From Anaerolineae bacterium (GTDB lineage: Bacteria; Chloroflexota; Anaerolineae; B4-G1): a stretch of DNA of 58,483 bases. The notes under the pieces were generated by a model that saw only the letters and a program-made list of their open reading frames with translations, was not told the DNA's origin and did no database searches. Position 1 is the stretch's first letter, and each line of letters begins with the position of its first letter. The DNA lies in NCBI GenBank assembly GCA_034430655.1, contig DAOUEC010000120.1, positions 1 through 58,483 on the forward strand. The letters are read 5' to 3'. Shown here in pieces: positions 9,045-18,140 of the stretch. Made by a program: the position numbers and the translations under genes.

Positions 9045-10097
9045 ATGACAGCTCAATTGATGCGTGCTGTGGTATACCTGGCCCCAGGCCGCCTGGAACT
9101 ACGCCAGGTGCCCATCCCTCAGCCCGGGCCGGATGAAATCTTGGTTCGGATCCGCACCGCGCTTACTTGCGGCACAAACGTAAAGACTTATCGCCGCGGG
9201 CATCCCAAGATTACACCGCCGGCCCTGTTCGGCCATGAGTTGGGCGGTGATGTGGTGGCGGTAGGGGCCGAGGTCAAGAAGTTTAAGCCCGGGATGCGGG
9301 TGGTGCCGCACAACTCGGCACCCTGCGGCGTGTGTTATGCGTGCAAGCATGGCCAGCACAGCATGTGCGACAACATCCTGTTCTATTCCGGCGCTTTCGC
9401 CGAGTACATAGTGGTTCCTGGCCCCGTTGTGCGTCTTAACACCTTTGAGATCCCGGATCACCTTTCCTACGGCCAGGCGGCGGCGATGGAGCCGTTGGCC
9501 TGTGTCGTCCACGGGCAGGATGTGATCCAGATCCAGCCGGGGGAGAGTGTGGCTATCATCGGCGCCGGTGGCCCGATCGGGTTGATGCATCTTCAGATGG
9601 CCCTCCGACGGGGAGCATCCCAGGTGATCGCGGTTGATCTAAAGGACAATCGGCTGGCTGTGGCCGATCAACTCGGAGCCACGCGGATTGTCAACGCCCA
9701 GCGTGAGGACCCGGTACATGTGATCCACGACCTTACCGAGGGACGTGGGGCGGATGTGGCCATCGAGAGCGCCGGGGCCAAGGCGGCCTGGCTGACGGCC
9801 ATCCAATCCGTCCGCAAGGGCGGGCGAGTACTGTGGTTCGGCGGCCTGGCAAGTGGGACGACCATTGAGTTGGACACAACATGGATCCACTATGGTGAAC
9901 TCACGCTGCACGGTGTCTATCACGCCACGCCGCTGGACGTGTACCGCGCCTTTCGGCTCATCACATCAGGCGTCATCAACACTGAAATCCTGATCTCTGG
10001 CAAACTCCCATTGGAGCGGGTGGAAGACGCGCTGAAAATGATGATTGAAGGGCAGTGCATAAAGATGGCTATTGTACCCGACTTGGCCCCGAGTTGA
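9045..10097 (+). CDS. Zn-dependent medium-chain dehydrogenase (polyol/polyol-phosphate dehydrogenase-like, GatD/sorbitol DH type)
   Basis: The ORF track starts at 8901. ATG 9045 is preceded by AAGGAGG (9028-9034) and follows the previous stop. Contains GHELGG, the CGVCYACKHGQHSMC structural-zinc cluster and a GAGGPIGL Rossmann motif. Confidence 0.8.
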   Translation: MTAQLMRAVVYLAPGRLELRQVPIPQPGPDEILVRIRTALTCGTNVKTYRRGHPKITPPALFGHELGGDVVAVGAEVKKFKPGMRVVPHNSAPCGVCYACKHGQHSMCDNILFYSGAFAEYIVVPGPVVRLNTFEIPDHLSYGQAAAMEPLACVVHGQDVIQIQPGESVAIIGAGGPIGLMHLQMALRRGASQVIAVDLKDNRLAVADQLGATRIVNAQREDPVHVIHDLTEGRGADVAIESAGAKAAWLTAIQSVRKGGRVLWFGGLASGTTIELDTTWIHYGELTLHGVYHATPLDVYRAFRLITSGVINTEILISGKLPLERVEDALKMMIEGQCIKMAIVPDLAPS

Positions 10098-10189
10098 CCC
10101 CACTCCCCTCTACGCTTCACGAGAAAGGCAGAAGCAAGATCAGTAGAGTAGAAAGGAAGAGTAATACCGTGCCAACTGTCAACGGCACT

Positions 10190-11230
10190 ATGAAAGTTGC
10201 CGTGTACTATAACAACGACGATGTGCGCCTTGAGAAGCGCCCGATTCCCACTCTCGGGCCTGGCGACCTGTTGGTGAAGACCGAGGCCTGCGGCCTGTGC
10301 GCTGGCGAGACAGCGGAGGCATATCAGGCTAAGCGTGCGCCCAGGGTTATCGGGCACGAGCCCACGGGGATGGTTGTGGCGGTAGGCCCTGGGGTCACCA
10401 AGTTCAAGGAAGGCGACCGTATCTTCGCACACCACCACGTCCCCTGCATGTCCTGCCACTTCTGCAATCGGGGCCTCTACACCTTATGTGAACACTTCCG
10501 CCAGACACACCTGGATCCCGGTGCCTTCGCAGAGTACTTCCGCGTTCCGGCTGAGAATGCCCAACTCGATACCCTCCTCCTGCCGGACAGCGTCTCGTTC
10601 GAAGCGGGGACGATCATCGAGCCAATGGGCTGCGTGCTGAAGGGCATCAGGCAGACACCCATCCAACTAGGCGACACAGTAGCCATCGTCGGCGACGGCT
10701 TCATGGGGTTGTGCTTCGTGCAGTTAGTCCGCCTCTCGCCAGCCAGTAGGATCGTTTCGGTGGGTCACAACGATTGGCGACTGGAAAAGGCACGCTCGCT
10801 CGGCGCCACCCACACGATCAATTCAAAGACAGAGGACGCCGTCGCAACGCTCAGAGACCTCAACGAGGGGCGCGGCGCCGATGCCGTCTTTGTAACCGTG
10901 CCAAATCTGCAGGCAGACGACCTGGGACTGGCGCTGTGCGCGAGGGGAGCAGCGCTGCACTTGAATGCCCCGCCGCCGCCTAATGCAGTCTGGCAGGTCA
11001 ATCCGAACCAACTATTCTTCCGCGAGATTCGGATCAACAGCGCCTATTCAGCCAGCCACATAGACACGCGAGCGGTGCTGGATCTGCTTGCCTCCGGGCG
11101 GGTGGACGCAAAGGCGCTAATCACACACCGCTTCGGGCTGGACGGTGTGGAAGAGGCTATCCACCTGCATCTCACAAAACGAGAGGGATACCTCAAGTCC
11201 CTGATTATCCCGGCGCTCACCGCAGCGTAA
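10190..11230 (+). CDS. Second Zn-dependent medium-chain dehydrogenase
   Basis: The ORF track starts at 10055. I prefer ATG 10190 (MKVAVYYNNDDVRLEKRPIP), with GTG 10169 as an alternative. Contains CGLCAGE, GHEPTG, CMSCHFCNRGLYTLC and VGDGFMGL. Confidence 0.8.
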   Translation: MKVAVYYNNDDVRLEKRPIPTLGPGDLLVKTEACGLCAGETAEAYQAKRAPRVIGHEPTGMVVAVGPGVTKFKEGDRIFAHHHVPCMSCHFCNRGLYTLCEHFRQTHLDPGAFAEYFRVPAENAQLDTLLLPDSVSFEAGTIIEPMGCVLKGIRQTPIQLGDTVAIVGDGFMGLCFVQLVRLSPASRIVSVGHNDWRLEKARSLGATHTINSKTEDAVATLRDLNEGRGADAVFVTVPNLQADDLGLALCARGAALHLNAPPPPNAVWQVNPNQLFFREIRINSAYSASHIDTRAVLDLLASGRVDAKALITHRFGLDGVEEAIHLHLTKREGYLKSLIIPALTAA

Positions 11231-11299
11231 CAGGCCACCCATACTACAAAGACAACCCAGTGCTCGCAGCCCCCGTCCTTGGAGACGTGTCAACATGCA

Positions 11300-11389
11300 C
11301 GCGCCAACCAATCTCCTGACGGCGCGCTACCTCTCATCGACCCGGCGGACGATCCCGCCGGGCCGACGACTATCTGGTCAGCATGCACA
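11300..11389. repeat. Intergenic repeat, copy B
   Basis: Second copy of the 6737-6826 element. Hairpin at 11339-11364. It sits in the same position relative to a consensus promoter and a regulator gene. Confidence 0.6.
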
Positions 11390-11410
11390 TTTGTGCAAAT
11401 TGTTGCACAA
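11384..11410. promoter_or_regulatory. Overlapping palindromes built from TGCACA half-sites (operator/activator-site candidate)
   Basis: TGCACA-tt-TGTGCA (11384-11397) and TTGTGCAA-attg-TTGCACAA (11391-11410), immediately upstream of the -35 box. Copy A has TGCACA (6821-6826) and TGCACC (6831-6836) at the equivalent place. Confidence 0.35.
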
Positions 11411-11413
11411 GTG

Positions 11414-11442
11414 TTGACAATGGCTTCTCTGTATGCTATAAT
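11414..11442 (+). promoter_or_regulatory. Consensus sigma70 promoter upstream of the SorC-family regulator
   Basis: TTGACA (11414-11419), 17 nt spacer, TATAAT (11437-11442). Confidence 0.55.
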
Positions 11443-11546
11443 TAAATAATGAGCATTGGTGCAAATAATGAAAAAAGGTGCTCACTTTCCAGAATGCCGA
11501 TTGTTTTCGGTATCTCAACATCCTCCACATTAAGCGGCGGGAACTG

Positions 11547-12542
11547 ATGGAGCGCACAGAACTTCTGACTCAGGTCGCCAATCTGTACTACGAAGACAAC
11601 CTGACCCAGGCTGAGATCGCACGACGGATCAACATATCTCGCTCCACAGTCTCCCGCCTGCTCCGCAAAGCCAGGGAGGCCGGCGTGGTGGAGATCACCA
11701 TCCACCATCTCTGGAAGACCGCCCCTGAAATCGAGCGTGATCTCATCGCTCGTTTCCATCTGCGCCATGCCCAGGTATTGGTCGGGCGAGGCCGGCCCTA
11801 CGAGGAGATCCTGTGCGGACTAGGGGCACTGACCGCCCGCTACATCGAAAGCACACTTGTCGAAGGCACAATCTTTGGCATCTCCTGGGGCTCGGCGGTC
11901 CACAGCACGGTCAGGGCACTGCGGCCCGATCAGAGGTTGCCGATCACGGTGGTACAGATGATTGGCGCCGTGGGGATGGGCAACCCGCAGATTGACGGCC
12001 CCGACCTGGCCCGTCTGCTGGCCAACGTCTACGGCGGAGAGTACCGCTACCTTCACGCCCCGCTGATCGTCGACGACGCTCAGGTGCGGGAAATGTTGCT
12101 CCAGGAGCCGAGTATCCGCGAAACGCTGTCGCTAGCCCATCGCGCGGACATAGCGCTGCTGGGCATTGGCTCACTGGTGCCGGATGTCTCCAGCCTGTTA
12201 CGGGCGGGTTACCTGGACCAGGAGGCGCTGGATCAACTGCGGGCACAGGGGGCGGTGGGGGATATCTGTGCGCGGCATTATGATGCTCAGGGGCACGTGC
12301 TCGACATCGAACTGAACCACCATATCGTCGGCATCGAACTGGAAACCCTGCACTCCATCGAACGGGTGATCGGCGTGGCGGGGGGAGAGGCCAAGGCAGA
12401 GGCCATTCTGGGCGCGCTGCGTGGCGAGCACGTGAATGTGCTCGTGACTGATGATGCAACAGCGCAGAAAGTCTTGGCCCTGGATGACGGGCCCGACGGG
12501 AAACCACTTGCACTGCGGGCGGCGCCGACGAGAGAACGCTAG
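11547..12542 (+). CDS. SorC/CggR-family sugar-binding transcriptional regulator
   Basis: The ORF track starts at 11478; I prefer ATG 11547 (MERTELLTQVANLYYEDNLTQAEIARRINISRSTVSRLLRKAREAG, HTH). A SorC-type sugar-phosphate-binding domain follows. Confidence 0.85.
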   Translation: MERTELLTQVANLYYEDNLTQAEIARRINISRSTVSRLLRKAREAGVVEITIHHLWKTAPEIERDLIARFHLRHAQVLVGRGRPYEEILCGLGALTARYIESTLVEGTIFGISWGSAVHSTVRALRPDQRLPITVVQMIGAVGMGNPQIDGPDLARLLANVYGGEYRYLHAPLIVDDAQVREMLLQEPSIRETLSLAHRADIALLGIGSLVPDVSSLLRAGYLDQEALDQLRAQGAVGDICARHYDAQGHVLDIELNHHIVGIELETLHSIERVIGVAGGEAKAEAILGALRGEHVNVLVTDDATAQKVLALDDGPDGKPLALRAAPTRER

Positions 12543-12593
12543 GTGGCGCAAAGAAGGGTTAGTTGCCGCGCCACGTGTTCACCATTTAACCCT

Positions 12594-13475
12594 TTGAGAC
12601 TCGACAAAGGCTATAAGATAGTAGAATTGCTAATCTTTGCAATAATGAGTGTAGAGCTTTCGGCTTGTGGTTCGATTGCGGGACAACCAATTGATATCCA
12701 ATTGAAATCCTTTGATTTGGCGAGTGGACAAGCAGTCGTAATTGAGGTAAACACGGGGCACATCAATATTGTTGGTGTGTCGGGAGATGTGCTCGAAGTG
12801 GACGGGCATCTTGCTTTCTCAGAGAAGACAGATTATGATGTCACCGAATCATCCAATGAGGTTTTGATTCTTGTAAACTATACAGGTCCCCCGTTGCCCG
12901 ATTCTGCGGGTCCGGCAACCACAATGAATGTGCGCGTTCCACGAGACACGCCTGTAAGAGTCGAAACCTTTGATGCGACTGTAGCCATAAACGAGTTTCG
13001 TGGGACAGTGGAGATCTCATCAATTGCCGGGGACATTACGGCTAACAACATAAATGGAGTAGCTTCACTCAGAACCGCACGTGGGGACGCATCATTGACT
13101 GGTGGCTCTGGAGATTTCCAACTAATCGGCGAACATGGGATTCTCGTTGTGGAACGTGTGAGTGGAAAGGTATCAGCATCTACAATCATGGGGACGATCC
13201 GATTTCTTGGTGTACCGGGTTCTGCCGATGAAGTACACCTGGAGACAGATCATGGCCCGGTCGAGATCCAACTGGACGAGGAGTCAGATATAAGTGTCGC
13301 AGTAACCTCAATCAGTGGGAATGTGGCTTGTATGCTACCTGGCCTTGACCAGTCAGCCAGGGGGTGCACTGGCACTATGGGGAATGGGGAAGGAAGCCTG
13401 TGGGTACGAACGGTTAGTGGGGCAATTACCATTCAACGCTTGCCATGGAAGCCTGTTAACCAGCGGTTAACTTGA
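12594..13475 (+). CDS. DUF4097-like beta-strand-repeat protein (putative lipoprotein)
   Basis: Repeating beta patterns (INIVGVSGDVLEVDG, VRVETFDATVAINEF, GDITANNINGVASLRTARGDASLTG, VSGKVSASTIMGTIRF). Possible lipobox LSAC. The start is uncertain (GTG 12543, TTG 12594 or ATG 12645). First gene of the lower-GC segment. Confidence 0.6.
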   Translation: MRLDKGYKIVELLIFAIMSVELSACGSIAGQPIDIQLKSFDLASGQAVVIEVNTGHINIVGVSGDVLEVDGHLAFSEKTDYDVTESSNEVLILVNYTGPPLPDSAGPATTMNVRVPRDTPVRVETFDATVAINEFRGTVEISSIAGDITANNINGVASLRTARGDASLTGGSGDFQLIGEHGILVVERVSGKVSASTIMGTIRFLGVPGSADEVHLETDHGPVEIQLDEESDISVAVTSISGNVACMLPGLDQSARGCTGTMGNGEGSLWVRTVSGAITIQRLPWKPVNQRLT

Positions 13476-13559
13476 CGAGAAATGGAATTCATTCTACAAG
13501 TCACGTATGTGAAGTGCTACTCACAAAGGTGAGCCTACAGGAAGAGGAGGGAAACCCAC

Positions 13560-14714
13560 ATGCCCGAAACCATGATTCCCCGGGAAAGGGTAATAGCCAC
13601 TCTTAATCATGAAGAGCCTGATCGCGTCCCGATTACACTGGGCGGCTCTGCGAACCACCTCACTGAGCAACGCTATATGTTGTTAAGAGACCATTTCGGT
13701 TTGGAAAGCGTTCCCCGCAGAACCCTGGTCGGCTTTTACACTACCCCGGATTACAACCCCTTATTAGAGAAATTGGGAACCGATTTTCGTTTTATCCACA
13801 TTCGCCCCCCAAAGGGGTATATCGCGAATTCGCTGGTAGGGGAGTTCCAAAGCTTCGTTGACGAGTGGGGGTTGACCCACCGGATGATGGGAGGCTACTA
13901 CGATTTGGCCGGTGCGCCCTTGGCGGAAGACCTGACTGTAGAGAAGATTGAACATTATCCCTGGCCTGATCCTTATGACCCTGCCCGACTGGAAGGCGTG
14001 AGAGAGGAAGTGGAGGATCTCTACTACAACACGGACTACGCCATTGTCGCTCACCGACCGGTCTATGGCAATATCTGGGAGATGGCTCGTCTGATGGTGG
14101 GGATGGAGAACGCGTTGATGATGACAGTGTTGGATCCCAAGCTCTTTGACGCCTTACTCTCCAAACTCACCGAGATCTTGGATGGGATATATGATGCTTT
14201 TCTAAGCGTGGTTGGTCCTTACGTCCAAATTGTGGAGATGGCTGAAGACCTGGGGACGAATACTGGCCCTATGTTTAACCCCAGGATTTACACCAAGTAT
14301 ATCAAACCCAAGCACAAGAAAACCATTGAGCTAGTCAAGAAAAGAGCTCCGAATGCCAAAGTTCTTCTGCACTGTGATGGTGATATTCGAAGATTTATCC
14401 CTGATCTAATCGAAGCTGGGTTTGATATTCTAAACCCCATCGAAGGCCACCTGCCTGGTATGGATCCGGCGAAACTTAAGAAAGACTTTGGCAATGAGTT
14501 GACTTTCCAGGGTGGCGTAGACGTAAAGGAAGTCCTCCCCAAAGGGACAGTCGAGGATGTGCGCAAAGAGGTTCGTTTGCGAATTGAGCAGATGGCCGTT
14601 GGTGGTGGTTACATCTTGTGCACGGCGCATAACTTTGGGAATGATATCCCCCTCGAAAACATGCTGGCCTTCTTTGAGGCTGGACACGAATTGGGATTTT
14701 ATCCAATTGCTTAG
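13560..14714 (+). CDS. Uroporphyrinogen-decarboxylase (URO-D) family protein, MtaA/CmuA/MtsA-like methyltransferase type
   Basis: 384 aa. N-terminal RERVIATLNHEEPDRVPITLGG and the overall URO-D-like TIM-barrel pattern. GGAGGG RBS. No haem-biosynthesis context nearby. Confidence 0.75.
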   Translation: MPETMIPRERVIATLNHEEPDRVPITLGGSANHLTEQRYMLLRDHFGLESVPRRTLVGFYTTPDYNPLLEKLGTDFRFIHIRPPKGYIANSLVGEFQSFVDEWGLTHRMMGGYYDLAGAPLAEDLTVEKIEHYPWPDPYDPARLEGVREEVEDLYYNTDYAIVAHRPVYGNIWEMARLMVGMENALMMTVLDPKLFDALLSKLTEILDGIYDAFLSVVGPYVQIVEMAEDLGTNTGPMFNPRIYTKYIKPKHKKTIELVKKRAPNAKVLLHCDGDIRRFIPDLIEAGFDILNPIEGHLPGMDPAKLKKDFGNELTFQGGVDVKEVLPKGTVEDVRKEVRLRIEQMAVGGGYILCTAHNFGNDIPLENMLAFFEAGHELGFYPIA

Positions 14715-14722
14715 AGATAACG

Positions 14723-15403
14723 ATGATTAACGAATCTTTGCGCCAGGAAGTTCTAGAAACGGCCAGATCGCTTAAGAAATATGGAGTAATTTGGATGGCC
14801 GGGGGCACGGTGTGCGCACGCGACCCGGAGAGTAGTCGCGTCGTGGTTACCCCTAGTGGAATGGATTACGACGAGCTTACGCCCGCCGATATGATCGTCA
14901 CCGATATGGATATGCGAGTGATCGATGGAAAGCATCGCCCTTCTGTAGCCATGAACCTGTGGACTGCGATCTTGCACGCGCGTCCCGACATCCACGCTGT
15001 TGTTCATACCCACTCTCCATACGCGACTGCATTTTCAGTAATCAATGAACCGATCCCCATTATTACGGAGACTCAGGCCGATTGGTTCGGGAAACCGATT
15101 CCTGTGACGCGCTATGCTCACATCGAGGATGCTCACTTTGTAACTGCGCCTGTGGAAGCCTTGGGCGATGGCTTTGCGGTGCTGCTTGGTCAGCATGGTC
15201 CGATCACGGTTGGAGAGACTCTGGCCCATGCGCTCGAGCGTGCGATTACCTTGGAAGAAGCGGCCAAGACCTATTCCATTGCTAACTCGCTCGGCCAGCC
15301 ACTTATCTTTAGCGAGGCACAGGCCAAGCGTTCATTTGACTATTATCATAGTCGCTATGGACAACGCACCGACGTGACTAGTCAAGGAGAGTTAAATTGT
15401 TAG
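14723..15403 (+). CDS. Class II aldolase/adducin-family protein (L-ribulose-5-phosphate 4-epimerase-like)
   Basis: 226 aa. VVHTHSPYATAFS motif and an AraD/UlaF/SgbE-like pattern. Confidence 0.8.
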   Translation: MINESLRQEVLETARSLKKYGVIWMAGGTVCARDPESSRVVVTPSGMDYDELTPADMIVTDMDMRVIDGKHRPSVAMNLWTAILHARPDIHAVVHTHSPYATAFSVINEPIPIITETQADWFGKPIPVTRYAHIEDAHFVTAPVEALGDGFAVLLGQHGPITVGETLAHALERAITLEEAAKTYSIANSLGQPLIFSEAQAKRSFDYYHSRYGQRTDVTSQGELNC

Positions 15404-15858
15404 AAATAGATGTCGCCCTTATAGCCGTAGACGTTTCCGCGCCGGACGCAGAGAGTGTGATTCGTTTGCTCACAGATAAACTACACAAACACGGCGCAGT
15501 AGAGGCAGGCTATGGTGCAGCCACCCTCGAACGTGAGCAGAAGCATCCCACTGGTCTACCAACTAAGCCCTTTTGTATTGCCTTCCCACACGCCGACGCA
15601 GACGGCGTTAATCGTTCCGCTTTGGCGTTTGCATCTCTGCGCGAGCCTGTTTCCTTCAGGAACATGGCAGATCCCGACGAGGAACTGTCTGTAGGGTTGG
15701 TCTTCCTGCTGGCCAACAACAGCCCTGAAGAACAGGTACAGGCGTTACGTAATCTATCAATCGTATTTAGCCAACCTGAGAAACTGGTGGCAGTGCGAGC
15801 TTTATCCTCGCCGTCTGAGATCGCTCTGTGGCTCAAGCAGGAACTCGATCTGAGCTGA
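15397..15858 (+). CDS. PTS EIIA component, galactitol (GatA) / EIIA-2 family
   Basis: 153 aa. HPTGLP and CIAFPHADADG (phosphorylatable His), LVFLLANNSPEEQVQALRNL; these align by eye with E. coli GatA (FPTG, IAIPH, NPQQQLKLL). TTG start 7 nt after AAGGAGAG, overlapping the previous gene by 7 nt. Confidence 0.75.
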   Translation: MLEIDVALIAVDVSAPDAESVIRLLTDKLHKHGAVEAGYGAATLEREQKHPTGLPTKPFCIAFPHADADGVNRSALAFASLREPVSFRNMADPDEELSVGLVFLLANNSPEEQVQALRNLSIVFSQPEKLVAVRALSSPSEIALWLKQELDLS

Positions 15859-15985
15859 TGTTGCAGTCGGCCTGGATGATTCTCAGGAAAGGAGGTTGCC
15901 TGGAAACAATAAATGAACTTGAACCGTTTTGCTCAAGCGTGGTTGACTATCTTGTTGTTTCGTTTGAGGAGAAAGGAGTGAGCCT

Positions 15986-16285
15986 ATGAGCAGGTTAATT
16001 CTCGTCTCATGTGGTGCCGGGATCAACACCTCGACAATTGCTGAGGAGACGATCCAACAAAGAATGGAGGCAGAGGGCCTCGACGACGTCGTAGTCAAGC
16101 GCATCCTGGATGCCGATCTTAGTGGTTACCTCGACCGGCCAGAGCTTGTCCTCATCGTCTCAATGATGAGGCTCTACCGCGATGACATCACTGTGCCAAT
16201 CGTAAAGGGGATGCCTTTCCTGATTGGCACGCGAGAAGAGAAAAACAAGCTTCTGGACGAAATCGTCAGCCTGATCGGAGGATAG
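15986..16285 (+). CDS. PTS EIIB component, galactitol (GatB) type
   Basis: 99 aa. LILVSCGAGINTSTI active-site Cys loop. AAAGGAG RBS. Confidence 0.8.
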   Translation: MSRLILVSCGAGINTSTIAEETIQQRMEAEGLDDVVVKRILDADLSGYLDRPELVLIVSMMRLYRDDITVPIVKGMPFLIGTREEKNKLLDEIVSLIGG

Positions 16286-16400
16286 GACTAGCTAATGTTG
16301 TTACTCGGTCTGTGGCCCGGTTGGCTGCAGGCTTGGGCTGTTGCTTATGACAGTCCGCGATATTCACTTACACAAGTCTCTTAAAGGAGGTTTAACAATA

Positions 16401-17678
16401 ATGCAAGCAATCTCGACCGCTATAGCTTGGTTCCTTGGCCTGGGATCAACGGTGATGGTTCCCATCATCTTGATCATCCTGGGTCTTGTCTTTCGCGTCG
16501 GCTGGCAGAAGGCTGTCCGTGGAGGTGTTACGACAGGCATCGGTCTGGCTGGCCTCTTCCTGATCGTTGACCTGATCGTGGCAGCCTTGCAGCCTGCTAT
16601 CCAGGCCCTGGCAAACCGGCTTGGCCTCGCGCTGAGCCTAATCGACGTGAACTGGGCAGACTGCGGAATCGCCTGGGGGTGGCCGGGTGTCGCCATGGTC
16701 ATCGTCGGCATCATCGTCGTCAACGTCATCCTGGTGCTGCTAAAGCTCCAAAAGACCATCTGGACGGACATGTGGAGCTATTGGCACGGCTCGGCGATCG
16801 GTGGCATCATTTGGGGGCTTACCGGCAACATCACCCTTGGCGTAATCGGCGCGATCGTCTATCTCACGCTTGGGGCCTGGATGAGCGACCTGACCGCAAA
16901 GAAATACCAGGAATTCAACGAAATGCCGGGCATCGGTGTGCCTTGCGGCCCGACTGTAATGTCCAGCCTTTTCGCCATCCCGGTAGTTTGGGTGCTCGAT
17001 AGGATTCCGGGCCTCAAAGACTGGGATGCTTCCCCAGAAGGCATCCGCAAGCGCTTCGGCGTGGTCGGCGAGCCCGCCATCCTGGGTTTGCTTCTGGGCA
17101 GCATCATCGGCATCGCCGCTGGCTACGGCGTCGCTGGGATCCTGGTGCTGGGTATGCAGGTGGGTACTATGATGCTCATCCTGCCCCGCATGGTTTCCAT
17201 CATCGCCGAGGGCCTGATCCCCATCACCCAGTCGATCGTCCAGTTCATGCGCGAGCGCTTCAAGGATCGCGAGATCTACGTGGCTGTGGACTGCGCTGTG
17301 CTGTTGGGTCACCCCTCAGTGATGGCGTCTTCCATCATCATCTTCCCGCTCAGTGTTCTGCTGGCAGCGGCCCTGCCTGGGGTTGAGATGTTGCCCATCG
17401 CCAGCCTGGCCATCGTCCCCTTCATGGCTGGCGCGGTGGTTCCTTACACCAAAGGGAACGTGGTCAAGACCGTGATCGTGATCTTGCTCTTCTTGATCCC
17501 GTACATGTACTTCTCCACCATCACAGCCCCCGAACACACTGCCGCTTATGCTGCTATGGGGCAATTCACGGAGCAAATCGGAGCCGGTTCCATGCTCGCC
17601 AGTTGGGACATAGGCGGCGACCCGCTGGGCTGGCTGTTGCTCTCTATCTTCAAGCTGTTTGGTTTATCAGCACTGTAA
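16401..17678 (+). CDS. PTS EIIC permease, galactitol (GatC) family
   Basis: The ORF track starts at 16341; ATG 16401 follows the AAAGGAGG RBS. By eye it aligns along most of its length with E. coli GatC (GSTVMVPIILII / GPTVMLPIVIII; IDVNW / VDVGW; GIGVPCG / GIAIPHG; IRKRFGVVGEP / IQRKFGPFGEP; IIGIAAGYG / IIGILAGYD). Confidence 0.85.
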   Translation: MQAISTAIAWFLGLGSTVMVPIILIILGLVFRVGWQKAVRGGVTTGIGLAGLFLIVDLIVAALQPAIQALANRLGLALSLIDVNWADCGIAWGWPGVAMVIVGIIVVNVILVLLKLQKTIWTDMWSYWHGSAIGGIIWGLTGNITLGVIGAIVYLTLGAWMSDLTAKKYQEFNEMPGIGVPCGPTVMSSLFAIPVVWVLDRIPGLKDWDASPEGIRKRFGVVGEPAILGLLLGSIIGIAAGYGVAGILVLGMQVGTMMLILPRMVSIIAEGLIPITQSIVQFMRERFKDREIYVAVDCAVLLGHPSVMASSIIIFPLSVLLAAALPGVEMLPIASLAIVPFMAGAVVPYTKGNVVKTVIVILLFLIPYMYFSTITAPEHTAAYAAMGQFTEQIGAGSMLASWDIGGDPLGWLLLSIFKLFGLSAL

Positions 17679-17705
17679 TAGGGTAAACCTACGACACACC
17701 ACTCT

Positions 17706-17737
17706 CCCCCTGCCGTGGGCTGTCCTGCGGCAGGGGG
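17706..17737 (+). other. GC-rich hairpin after the EIIC gene (no U tract)
   Basis: CCCCCTGCCG (17706-17715), 12-nt loop, CGGCAGGGGG (17728-17737), followed by AAAACTG. It could be a stabiliser, processing site or non-canonical terminator. Confidence 0.3.
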
Positions 17738-17780
17738 AAAACTGAAACGATGACCTCAATCAGGGAACGGAGACCACGAG

Positions 17781-18140
17781 ATGGCGAGGTATCATGTCCG
17801 AGTAGTCGGTGGCTGGTGTGGCAACCGGATTGTTATGGTCGCGGACTACCTGGCGGAATTATTCGCAGAAAAAGGCTACGATTGCCAGGTTACTCACCAA
17901 AGTATCTGGGAAACTTATTCCTTGCCGCCATCGGTTGACCTGATCCTCCAATTGATGCCCGCTTTTACCGAGGGGGAAGCGAGCTGTCCGGTCATCAATA
18001 TCAAGCTCTTAATCCATGATCTGGATCATCCCCCAACAATCAATAAAATCCTGGATTTCCTACAACGGCAATTTGCTGCCCCGCCGGGCCGAGATTTGAG
18101 CGAAGGTGAGGTTACTGCCTCTCTAATGAGGACTTCGTGA
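17781..18140 (+). CDS. Small hypothetical protein with a Cys loop after the first beta strand (EIIB/LMW-phosphatase/rhodanese-like topology guess)
   Basis: 119 aa. YHVRVVGGWCGNRIVMVADYLAELFAEKGYDCQVTH...VDLILQLMP has the beta-loop(Cys)-alpha-beta pattern of EIIB-type folds. Its stop overlaps the start of the cysteine desulfurase (TGATG at 18138-18142). Confidence 0.45.
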   Translation: MARYHVRVVGGWCGNRIVMVADYLAELFAEKGYDCQVTHQSIWETYSLPPSVDLILQLMPAFTEGEASCPVINIKLLIHDLDHPPTINKILDFLQRQFAAPPGRDLSEGEVTASLMRTS